The position numbers and the translations under genes were made by a program. Positions 38,955 through 50,997 of a stretch of DNA of 64,000 nt are shown here, piece by piece. Each line of letters starts with the position of its first letter. The stretch's first letter is position 1. Origin of the DNA: Octopus sinensis (lineage: Eukaryota); the NCBI RefSeq assembly GCF_006345805.1, contig NC_043003.1:20646001-20710000 (forward strand), in the 5' to 3' direction. The notes beneath the pieces were generated by a model that saw only the letters and a list, made by a program, of their open reading frames with translations, did not search any database and was not told the origin of the DNA.

Positions 38955-39120
38955 ATAGTATTTTATAAGCTAAAGCTTATAAGCGATCACTGTGCCATGA
39001 CTAAAGAAAATGGTCTAATAATGGGGCATATAAGCCCTCGACAGAAAAAAGTACTTTTTCCTGTACGAGTGGGACGCGAACCCACACCTCTTTGCTTACA
39101 CGACCAAGTGTGCTACCGTT
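38955..39120 (-). mobile_element. tRNA-derived SINE family D (head partly lost)
   Basis: Minus strand GGTAGCACACTTGGTCGTGTAAGCAAAGAGGTGTGGGTTCGCGTCCCAC (B box GGTTCGCGTCC); body ends CTTATAAGCTTTAGCTTATAAA into (TA)n. Confidence 0.65.
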
Positions 39121-40586
39121 TCTCTTATTCTTTTCTGCTGAAGAGCGTAGGCTGATACGTAAAAGAGTTTCTCACTTTCCCGAGTGTCAAACTAATACAC
39201 CTTCTTGTTGCTTATACACCTGTCTTGGTCTTTTGTTTTTCTCTAAATTTCTACTATATACAACATATGTGTATGTATGTATATATATACTATCTATATA
39301 TATATATACTCTATACATATATATATACAATATATATATTCATTATTTATATATATGTATATATAATACATACAATACATGCATAATACCATCATGTATG
39401 TATGTGTGTTGTATATATATAGATATATATATTATATATATTATATTATATGTATTACACACACACACACAAACCCCCCACTCATACATGCAGGTGAATA
39501 TATTATCATCTGATTACGCAAAACTGAGAATAACACTACATCTTTTAACATATTTTACCAAAATTACATGAAAATATCTTGAAATACTAAAGATAAATTT
39601 AGTCAATGAAATCGCCATTGGCTTCAACCACGGCCCTCCAGACACTTCGAAAACTCCTGCAACTTTTCTGGACAGCCTCCTTGTTTAAGCTGGGTATGCT
39701 GCCATAATCCTTGCTTTCAGCTCATCTTTGGTGTTACAAGGAGTTTTGTNNNNNNNNNNNNNNNNNNNNNNNNNNNNNNNNNNNNNNNNNNNNNNNNNNN
39801 NNNNNNNNNNNNNNNNNNNNNNNNNNNNNNNNNNNNNNNNNNNNNNNNNGGCATATAAGCCCTCGACAGAAAAAATTACTTTTTCCTGTACGAGTGGGAC
39901 GCGAACCCACACCTCTTTGCTTACACGACCAAGTGTGCTACCGTTTCTCTTATTCTTTTCTGCTGAAAGAGCGTAGGCTTGATACGTAAAAGATTTTCTC
40001 ACTTTCCCGAGTGTCAAACTAATACACCTTCTTGTTGCTTATACACCTGTCTTGTCTTTTGTTTTTCTCTAAATTTCTACTATATACATACATATATTAT
40101 ATGTATATAGTATATATATTATATATATATATATACATATATATACATATATATATACATATATTATATACATATTTATATATATTGATATATATATCTA
40201 CATACATGCATATACATCTGTATGTAATGTGTGTGTATATATATATCTATATATATTAATATTATATATTATATATATGTATTACACACCCAACACACAA
40301 ACCCCCCCACATTCATACATGCAGGTGAATATATTATCATCTGGATTACGCAAAAATGAGAATAACACTAACATCATTTTAACATATATTTACCAAAATT
40401 ACATGAAAATATCTTGAAATACTAAAGAGTAAATTTAGTCAATGAAATCGCCATTGGCTTCAACCACGGCCTCCAGACAACTTCGAAAACTCCTGCAACT
40501 TTTCTGGACAGCCTCCTTGTTTAAGCTGGGTAATGCTGCCATAATCCTTGCTTTCAGCTCATCTTTGGTGTTACAAGGAGTTTTGT
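39025..40586. repeat. ~730-bp direct duplication straddling the gap (39025-39749 vs 39850-40586)
   Basis: Same sequence on both sides, differing mostly by 1-nt indels and microsatellite length. Confidence 0.92.
39750..39849. other. Assembly gap (100 N)
   Basis: Run of N. Confidence 1.
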
Positions 40587-41159
40587 TGGTCTTTCACTTA
40601 ACTGCGTCCTACACATAATAATCAAAAGGGTTGCAATCTGGGGAGTTAGGTCGTCAAATGTTAGGGATTATGTGGTCGCAGAGATTGTCTTACTGCTATG
40701 ACTGGGTTATCCTGCTTGTGTGGTATGGTGCAGAGTCCTGTTGCCAGACACAGGGTCTTTCAGCAGCCACTCTCTTGAACCAGGGCAGCACTACCTCATC
40801 CAGGCACTTGATGTAGGCCTCCATATTGAGCGTGAGGCTGTGTGGGAAGATGAATAAAGGCATAACGTTATGATGTTAACTGGATGTTTCATTTTTATCA
40901 CTCTCGGTACATGTTCTCAGATTGCACTGTCCTCAGATTGACTCCCAAACATTCTAAAATGTTCGTATTGGATCTTCTGGCGCGAATGCCAAGCATTTCC
41001 AAATTTCTGGCAGTGATTCGCGTCATTATGCTGTTTTTATTTTCAGAGACGGTGCCCAAACGACCCTACAATACCCTGTAGTCGACTAAATCAAAAGCAA
41101 GTAATGTGCATGCGCGAAAAAATAAAAAATATAAAATGGCGACGATTTACCCATCGCAT

Positions 41160-41160
<1 letters not shown>
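40320..41160 (-). mobile_element. Internally deleted maT-type (DD37D) Tc1/mariner element
   Basis: ATG 41026, HTH remnant (LGIRARRSNTNILECLGVNLRTVQ), deletion, then KHPVNI, WQQDSAPYH...PNSPDCNPFDYY with 37 residues between the Ds; stop at 40435; several nonsense codons; TIRs weak. Confidence 0.82.
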
Positions 41161-41207
<47 letters not shown>

Positions 41208-41240
41208 TGTATATATATATATGATATGTGTGTGTGTGTG

Positions 41241-41272
<32 letters not shown>

Positions 41273-41720
41273 GTATGTATGTATGTATGTATATGTGCAG
41301 ATTTGTATGTTTTGTTCTATGTATGTATATCGGCAGATTTGTATGCTTTGCTCTATGTATGTATTCTCATGCATATAGTTGCATATCTATACGTGCTCAT
41401 ATATATTTCAATGATAAACTTCTGGAAAGTGTTAAGATTTTTACGGTTCTGGTGCTCGATTGGATTTGTAGCATTCGAATTAGCTCTCTCCTTTCTGGTA
41501 TGTAGATTTCCATTTGTGTGTAAAGTATGATCAAGTTTTGCGAGAATCTTGGCTATCATTCAGCTGTCGTGTGTGATTTTCCACTCACTATAATGAAATG
41601 ATTTGAACAGGTTTTTCAGCAAGAAGTTGCAAAACCCTCATTTATCAATTGCGACAAGAGAATCCATCTCTCTCTCTCTCTCACACAGTTTCTCATATAT
41701 ATATATGCCCATATATATAT

Positions 41721-41789
<69 letters not shown>

Positions 41790-42986
41790 TTATATGTGTG
41801 TATGTATATTTATGTGTATATGTGTATGTAACGGTGTGTATGTGTATATGCGTATCTGTTATAGTCCTACCAATTTGGGGTTGAACATTATCTAAACTGA
41901 AACACTGGCACGTTTAGAGTATGCATAGTATTAAAAATACTGTTGGTTAAATGTGGTCATGGAATTTTCTCTATGTTTGAAAATTTTGTTGTAAAAAGTT
42001 GTTCTCTCTTAACAATAAAGGCGTTGTCTCACATGAAATATTTAAGGTTTAAAAAAAAACAGTTAAATCTTTAGCTCTGCAGTTCTTTCCATTTTTCATT
42101 GGATGTAGCGTGGAGAGCGCATTAACTCACTTTTATTTCTGTTGCAGTACGCAAAGTTGTAAGTGATAATAACTAAGTATGTGTAGCTAATCTTGACTTT
42201 ATGGACATTAAAAAGTTTATACTTCCTATCGATTCACGGGAAATGCTGTTTGATTAAAAGCACGAAGTTTCTAGCTACGATAGTTGTACATCTACATCGA
42301 ATGGACTATTGAACTGTATACACTCACTTATATTACATGCTACTTATGGAGAATGTGTGATTATGGATTCTCTGTCTGCGTCGGTTGCAATTGTCTACTA
42401 GTTTGCCGTTCTCTCAAAACAAAAATAATTTCGATAAATAACGTATTTAATATATCTTTTGTAATGTTTTTTGTCTAAGTTTATGTCACTGGTCAATCTG
42501 AGTTATTTCTCCTGCTTCATTTTGTATTGTGTGCGTGTATATATGTGTGTGTGAGTGTGTGAGTGTGTGTGTGTTGATTATACTACGAGGTAGGGGTGCT
42601 AAGCCGTGAGATATAGAATGCAATGTTCGAATATGCTAAAAGCATGCTCGGACTTGTATTTTGCCATGAAGAAAATTTCTCGCTGTAGAGAAATGTGTAA
42701 ATACACCCAAATCTGCTCGCAACGCTTCCTATCCAGACATGGATATATATGTTTTTATTCACTCTTCAAATGTTGCTTCTCATGATTACTCGTGCATCAG
42801 CGTCCTGATTTTTAAATAGAACAAAACATGTTCTCAGAAAGTGAAGATTACTTGGAGACAGAATGCATGTTTTAAAACATGCTAAGACACGTTTTTCCAC
42901 AGCAAAACTGTTAGTAGCTCGCATCTCTATACTGTGTACATTAATGACGTATACATATACATATGTGTATATATATATATTATATA

Positions 42987-43027
<41 letters not shown>

Positions 43028-43056
43028 CATATAGATGTGTATATAAATATATTATA

Positions 43057-43457
43057 GGTGTAGGAGTGGCTGTGTAGTAAGTAGCTTGCTTACCAACCAC
43101 ATGGTTCCAGGTTCAGTCCCACTACGTGGCACCTTGGGAAAGTGTCGTCTACTATAGCCTCGACCCGACAAAGCCTTGTGAGTGGGTTTGGTAGACGGAA
43201 ACTAAAAGAAGCCCGTCGTATATATGCATATATATGTATGTGTGTATATGTTCGTGTGTCTGTGCTTGTCCCCCCACTCACCATCGCTTGACAATCGATA
43301 CTGGTGTGTTTACGTCCCCGTAACTTAGCGGTTCGGAAAAAAGAGACAGGTAGAATAAGTACTAGGCTTACAGGGAGTAAGTCGTGGGGTCGATATGCTC
43401 GACTAAAGGCGGTGCTGCAGCATGGCCGCAGTCAAATGACTGAAACAAGTAAAAGAG
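43057..43457 (+). mobile_element. SINE family A, full length
   Basis: Same structure as 32168-32575. Confidence 0.88.
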
Positions 43458-43542
43458 TATATGTATGTATACACAGACACACACACACATGCACACACAC
43501 ACACCACACACCATATATATTAATATATATATATATAATATA

Positions 43543-43577
<35 letters not shown>

Positions 43578-44073
43578 CGCAATAAAATAAACATACATGT
43601 CATTGCAGAGTATCATAAAATAGGTGCGCACCAAATAAGAAGTACGAGCAAAATATATGTGGCTATATTTATACAGAGATATATACATGTGTTCTTGCAC
43701 CCATCGGCATACAACGTTGTATACAAAAATATACGCTTAAAACTCATTAACATACAACACATTAGTGCAGACATTGATGACTATTAAGATGTACATAAGG
43801 AAATAACTTCATGTAGAACCATAAACGAATATACACCGATTTTCACAAAGGTGTATGTGTATAAAAGGCGGATATGCATATAAACAATCTATACAACACA
43901 TACACACAACTCACGCACATGAATACATATATATATATTATATATATATACTTACAAACGAATAAGTGTGACTTTCTATATACCTACTATATACCTACAT
44001 ATATATATTATATATATATATATATTATATAATGCACCACAAATATCTATATATATATATATATATATATACA

Positions 44074-44124
<51 letters not shown>

Positions 44125-44283
44125 ATATATATAATATATATATATATCTATACAAATATATATAAATATACATATATACATATACGCAAATACACCACAC
44201 ACACACAGAGATTACTCGTGTTTATACAGTTATATATATTTTATATATATATATATATATATGTATCTATCTATCTATCTATA

Positions 44284-44355
<72 letters not shown>

Positions 44356-44814
44356 TATCATAGGTATATGTAAACATAGATCTTACTTACGTACACCCAA
44401 TACCCCACATCTAATTTTGTTTTGTATCACCCATGGACACCATATAAATACATTTTGTATAGGTGAGTTTGAATTATTCCTGCTTTATATCATTATCTTG
44501 TTGCGATTTTTTTTTACTCTTTTAATTAGTAGGTTGCCTTCAGCAGTAACTCTGTATCTTCTTATTCCCCAACCCCACCTGTAAACATTATTAAATGCGT
44601 ATTTGATGTCTAAACTCTATCTTACTACTTTCGTAGGCGTCCCTGCACTCTCAAGTTGTTTGTTCAAGATCCTACTTACATATGACACTTTATTTCTATT
44701 TATCTTGAACGATGAATACCAAAGCTATTTTTACTTCATCACATATCCTTCTGTGACGTTTAGAAAATTTCTCCCACCATCTAGCAAATATTAATCGTTT
44801 CCGTTAGCAACGGT

Positions 44815-44960
44815 TTCAAATTTTGGCGCAGGGTCAGCAGTTTTTGAGGAGAGTGGGAGTCGATTACATCGATCCCCAGTACTCGATTGGTACTTATTTG
44901 ACCGATCCCGAAAAGATGAAAGGTCAAGTCGACCACGGAAGAATTTGAACTCAGAATGTA
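44815..44960 (-). mobile_element. SINE B partial, alternative tail
   Basis: GTCGATTACATCGATCCCCAGT...GAATTTGAACTCAGAA. Confidence 0.72.
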
Positions 44961-45058
44961 ATACCTGCCACCGGTGCTACAGTCACCGGTATGAGTGTGT
45001 GAATTTGTGCGTGTATAGACAGACAGAAGGAAGGACGGACGGACGGCGGACGGACGTA

Positions 45059-45097
<39 letters not shown>

Positions 45098-45149
45098 TGA
45101 ATGTATGTCGTTATATAGATACATGCTAAACACGTATAAAACAAATACA

Positions 45150-45345
45150 TATACACAGTTCGACGGCGAGTGAGATGACTTGGCTTTTGAAATACAGGTA
45201 CGACTCATTTTTGCCATCTGAGTGGATTGGGGCAACGTGAAACAAAGCGCCTTGCTGAATGACACAGCGCACCGCCCGGAATCGAACTCACGATCGAAAG
45301 GTCGTGAGCCGAATACACTAACCGTTACGACACGCGCCTTTACTT
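45150..45345 (-). mobile_element. SINE family C, 5' part
   Basis: GGTTAGTGTATTCGGCTCACGACC...GAGTTCGATTCCGGGC + CORE-like segment. Confidence 0.75.
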
Positions 45346-46080
45346 GCATGCTTACATACAAGTGTTACGTTTGCGTTTACGAGTGTGTGGGGGTGTAAAT
45401 AGATCCAGATAAGTTTGGTAAGTTTAAGTCGAAGGATTGTTAAGATTTACAGTATCAACTGATTAATATATATTTAAAAGACTTCTTCAATTCCATTGCC
45501 ATTATACGATTGAAGAAAGCATTTCCAGCAGAAGCCGTCTTGCTAGAAGCGGCTTTCATTATTACTCTTTTTTTTTTCTCTCTCTTTGATACATTTGGGA
45601 ATTATATAAAACAAAACTGGTTTAATTTATGTAAGATTTTCGTGACAGACGTTTGAGTTTTCATGAATGTGTGTTTTGATTGACGAAGTATTGATGTGGT
45701 TTGAATTGTGTGTAAACTGCATGTGCAGATTGAAAACAGAAACAATACCCCATTATAATACACGCCTTGGGAACGATAAAATTAGATACAAATGAATACG
45801 TAATCAAAATTCAAGGACTTGAACTCATACGCAACATAATAGTACAATATAGTACTGTTAGTAACTAACTACAAATATATTTCTTCGAGTATTTTTAGTA
45901 CAATAGAAAAACACAAGAACGCGCGTATCCAAAGGCACAAAGAGCTGCGTTCGGTTGTATAATGAAAACACATAAAAATAAAATTACTGATAACTGATAC
46001 AAAAATTATTGCAGAAGCACATAGTAACACATTTTTTTTTTCGTTTTTCGTTTTTCGTTTTAGTATAACTAATAAACCCA

Positions 46081-46330
46081 ATGCTTGTAGAATTACTTCT
46101 TGTTTTTCTTGAGGTTGTTATTGTTGTAGCATTTCTTCTTTTATTTCTTTTTCTTCTACTTCTTCTCCTCCATCTGCTTTTTTCTTTTCCTTTTTCTCTC
46201 TGCCTCCGCCTTCTTCTACTTCTCTTTCTACACTATCTCCTCTTCCTTCTCCTCTTTCTTCTTACACTTCTTCTTCTTCTTGCTTTTCCTTCTCTTTTTT
46301 TTACCTTCTTGTCTCTTCCTCCTCCATTTT

Positions 46331-46361
<31 letters not shown>

Positions 46362-46630
46362 TTATTATTATATTATTATTATTATATTATTATTATTATT
46401 CTCCTACTTCTTCTTCCTTCTTTTTCTACTACTTCTCCTTCCTCTTCATCATTATCTTCTCTGTCTTCTTCTTTCCTCCTCTTCCTTGTACTTCGTCTTC
46501 ACTTTCTCTTCCTTCTCTGCTTGTTTCTTCTCCTCGTGCTTCTTCACTTTTTTCTCTTCTCTCTCCTCCTCCTCCTCGTTCTCCTAGTGCGTCTTCTTCT
46601 TCTTCTTCTTCTTCTTCTTCTTCTTCGTGA
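46081..46630. repeat. Pyrimidine-rich (CTT/CCT/TAT)n low-complexity tract
   Basis: Direct reading. Confidence 0.9.
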
Positions 46631-47940
46631 CTATTTAAGCTATGCGTTCGTGGATGACTACTAAGTTGGATGTAGGACTGAAGAAGGATCAAGAACTCCT
46701 GAAATATGATTATAAATTCATTACCTAGTTTTCTATATTCCATCGCACTGTTTATAAGGAAGTATTCGTATACGAAACGTCGTAACTTTCAGTGTTGGCT
46801 CTAATTTCTATAGAAACTTTGTAAAGTTAATTTCTAAAAGAAAGTGATTAGATACTACGACTCATTTCCTCGTCACTCTATTACTTCTGCTAATCTGAAA
46901 ACTTGCTTAATTTATCACAAGAATTTATTTCTGTTTAATATTAATTAATAATTTCTAATTAAACTAAATCATTTTCAAATACACAGCTTGGAGCTATAAT
47001 AGCCATGTCAATATATATATATATCTAAATGAATGAAATATTGATTAATTAGTGATTACGTAATTAAGTGTTGAGTCTTTTGTAAGGCAAGTAAAATCAA
47101 GCGTACAACACAGAGACGAGAGCATAACACCTCCTGCGGGTTATGAACTTATGATCCAAAAGACAAGAGGTTAGGAATTTCATGTTCTCGATCATAACAT
47201 ATCTCAATATTAATTTAGATAAGAAGCAAATCAATAAATGTATGTTTGAACTGCATAGTACAAGATTGTATAGATTCTACATATTGAAATATAGCCAGCG
47301 ACGGTGCACTGTCGGAAAGTTCCAAGAGAACAGAGTTATTAAGTACCAGGTCAACCTCGATCGAGACGACCAATATTCAAAGGCTATTCAGCTGAATTTC
47401 CTGTCTTTTTTTTTTTTTTTTTACTCCAGACACAGTATATATATAATTGTATGATTCAATATCTTTTCATCTTTTTTTATGATGTCACTGTGGACTGTTG
47501 GCTCGTTGGCTACTATTTCAAGCAAGATAAACGACTACCTAGAGGTTCTCTCGATCCTTTCTGCGAGCGAATCAGCAGCTGACATACGTAACAGGACTGT
47601 ATGTATTTCAATTTTTTCTTAGAATTCCTTTAAGAAAGACATTAACACCAGAAACTTCCACCCACCTAGTCATGGAAGTGTCTCATCTATCGTTAAATGT
47701 CAAGGAGTGAATAATCCGTTATCAATTAAGCTAGTGCGTGTGATAAAGAAATTGTTAAACATATCTATATATATATATGCACAAACACATAGATATACAT
47801 ATACAGGTGTGTATGTGTGTATGTTCCAGTCTATGCATGTATGCGTATGCATGTATGTATACGCAAGTAGGTTTTTCTTTCTCTTTGTGTTTGTCTCTCC
47901 GTAACTGACTGTCTGTCTTTTATTCTCTCTCCCTCTCTCT

Positions 47941-47982
<42 letters not shown>

Positions 47983-48153
47983 CATAAATATGTAAATACA
48001 CACATATATACATACATATATATATATATATTTATATATATATATATATATACACACGCACGCACACATGCACATATCAGTATGTATGTGTATGCATGTA
48101 TGTTTGTATATGTATCTACATATACATACATGTGTTTGTATGTATATATATAT

Positions 48154-48212
<59 letters not shown>

Positions 48213-48214
<2 letters not shown>

Positions 48215-48345
48215 TTTTACTTGTTTCAGTCATTTGACTGCGGCCATGCTGGAGCACCGTCTTTAGTCGAGCAAATTGACCCCAGGACTTATTCTTTTGA
48301 AGCCTAGTACTTATTCTGAAACAAGTAAAAGAGATAAAAGACTAA
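48213..48345 (-). mobile_element. SINE family A tail fragment
   Basis: TTTTACTTGTTTCAGTCATTTGACTGCGGCCATGCTGGAGCACCG. Confidence 0.75.
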
Positions 48346-48436
48346 AAGAGAATACGCTTCCTCTTAGATTTTCAGATACTTCCCTTCTTCATCTTTGTGG
48401 TCAATGTCAACGTCGTCATCGTCCTTGTCATCACTT

Positions 48437-48437
<1 letters not shown>

Positions 48438-48510
<73 letters not shown>
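48438..48510. repeat. (TAG)n microsatellite
   Basis: Direct reading. Confidence 0.93.
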
Positions 48511-48597
48511 ATTCAGAGCAGCAGAGTAGTAGTATTATAGCAGCAGTCAGTAGCGGCGCGCCAGTAGGCGCCAGTAGCGGATGCTGCGCCAGTGTGT

Positions 48598-48920
48598 AAC
48601 TGGTACTTAATTTATCGACCCCGAAAGGATGAAAGGTAAAGTCGACCTCGGCGGAATTTGAACTCAGAACGTAACGGCAGACGAAATACCTATTTCTTTA
48701 CTATCCACAAGGGGCTAAACACAGAGAGGACAAACAAGAACAGACAAACGGATAAAGTCGATTATATCGACTCCAATGCGTAACATGTACTTAATTTATC
48801 GACCCCGAAAGGATGAAAGGCAAAGTCGACCTCGGCGGAATTTGAACTCAGAACGTAGAGACAGACGAAATACCGCTAAGCATTTCGCCCGGCGTGCTAA
48901 CGTTTCTGCCAGCTCGCCGC
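48598..48920 (-). mobile_element. SINE family B tandem (2 units, Tx1-like tail)
   Basis: Head GGCGAGCTGGCAGAAACGTTAGCACGCCGGGCG at right; junction GAAATACC|TATTTCTTTAC at 48690. Confidence 0.88.
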
Positions 48921-50059
48921 TACGATCTTGGTTTTATGCTTAGCTTTTCCACATCTTCAAGTGAAAATTGAGTTGGGTCTTCGCGGGCAGAGCATCTTCG
49001 AAACCAGTAAATATTGTTAATAGCATTTCCCGTATTTTACTTTTTTGACATGTGCATCTAGTTTCGAGTTGTTTGGAGTTCAGTGTCATTTTTCAGTGTC
49101 CTAAGTTTTCTCTATAGCTAGTCATTTTTCATCTGACGCCGATTTCTGGGGGTTTTTTTTTTCGTTCGGCTAGGTCACAGCCTCAATTATAGCACGGCAT
49201 ATTTTACCAATAATTGAAGTAAGCGTAGTTTTGTTTCTGGTTGCATGCTACGATCAAGTTGTTCTACAGGATAGAAACGGAATTCTTATCTAGATGTACC
49301 TAGATCCTGAAGGGTCGTTGGTTGGGGGCCCATCTATTTTTGTTTCCGAGATATTAAATTGCAGCTGGGTGCATAGATACCTAAAAGGTATTTAAACATT
49401 GCGGGCATTGTTTCTTGATCCTGACTACTGTTAATCACCATGTTGGCCGTAGCCGACTCGCAGTGTAGTCGAGCAACACAACCTATTTTTATGTAACGTA
49501 GCTTCTTTCTTTTCAGCTATTAGACCTCACTACAACAACAAGCTGTAGCTGATGTATTGTTGCAGGAGTTGTCAAAGAGCAGGTCAGTGGGGGATATTAG
49601 TTCTGTCTTTGATAGAACATCCTAGGGATATTTTTTTTTATGTAGAACTTTCATATCCTTTCTGCTGTCTTTCTACATTGTTCGCTAATCTTCCCTAAAA
49701 GTCACCTACTCTTTCCAAACTTACGTCACGTCTTCCAATGGTACACACCAGTATATTTTAGCAGTCTTTTTATTCAATATTTTACATACAGCTTCAGCTT
49801 CCACTGCGGAACGCTTACTTCATCAGCTGACAAATAGGCGTCGTAACGTTTCGACACCTTACGAGTGTATCGCTCTCTAAGATATTGCCGAGGAGGAATT
49901 ATGATATTAGGTACGTTCGCACTATTATAGTTCTCAGAGACAGACAACCACACAAATATACAAACATAAATAATAGAAACATGCATACATATTTACATAT
50001 ACTTATAAATATGCATGCGCGTGTGTATATATACGTATGCAATTATATATATATATATA

Positions 50060-50290
50060 TTGTTTTAGTCTTTCACACGTTTCACTCATTTGACTCCGGT
50101 CATGCTGGAGCACCAACTTAAAGGATTTTAGTCGAAGAAATCATTCCCATGACTAATTCTTTGTAAAGTAAGTACTTATTCTATCGGTTGCTTTCACCAA
50201 ACCGCTAAATTGCGGGAACGTAAACGCAACAACATCGGTTGTCAAACAATGGTGGGAGAGCAAACACAGACACAAAGACACACACGCATA
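50060..50290 (-). mobile_element. SINE family A 3' part
   Basis: CATTTGACTCCGGTCATGCTGGAGCAC...AACATCGGTTGTCAAAC. Confidence 0.72.
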
Positions 50291-50300
50291 TATAGGTACG

Positions 50301-50321
50301 TAGATAGACATATAGATAGAC

Positions 50322-50412
<91 letters not shown>

Positions 50413-50447
50413 GAGACAGACAGATAGACAGACAGACGGACAGACAC

Positions 50448-50506
<59 letters not shown>

Positions 50507-50511
50507 CAGAC

Positions 50512-50569
<58 letters not shown>

Positions 50570-50598
50570 GACAGACATAGATAGAAGATAGATAGATA
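50301..50598. repeat. (GATA)n/(GACA)n compound microsatellite, 3' flank of Tx1
   Basis: Direct reading of tandem GATA/GACA units. Confidence 0.97.
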
Positions 50599-50997
50599 TG
50601 TTTCTTTATTAGCCACACAGGGCTGCACACAGATAGAACAAATTACAAGGTAGAGCTTTTCTTTTGAAGGTATTAAAAAAAAAAAAAAAAAAAAAAAAAA
50701 GGAAGGGGGAGGTTCGATCAAAAGGGATCGTAAAAGGAGAGAAAGAGGACAAAAATAAGGGGGGTTAAAAAAAAAAAAAAAAAAAGGGGGGGGAGAGGAA
50801 AAAAAATGATCAATAGGGATCGTTATCACAGAAATGTCAATATGAAGTGTAAAGGGGAGGACAGGTGAGGTTTACCCGTGGAAAGAAAAGCCTGCGGAAA
50901 AGACCACGGTAACCTCGGTCAATGAAGTCACATTTTATATTTCTTTTTTTTTTTTTTTTTTTGCAAATAAGCAACTCTCTGTTTTCGATTTCTGGGT

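Noticed and set aside
46081-46630. Very hydrophobic L/F/S ORFs (also 12917-13441, 14064-14360)
   Set aside because: Produced by pyrimidine-rich low-complexity DNA.
49815-49885. Minus-strand GAAACGT plus downstream CTGATGAG (type II hammerhead?)
   Set aside because: Required stem I and II pairings fail in every register tried.
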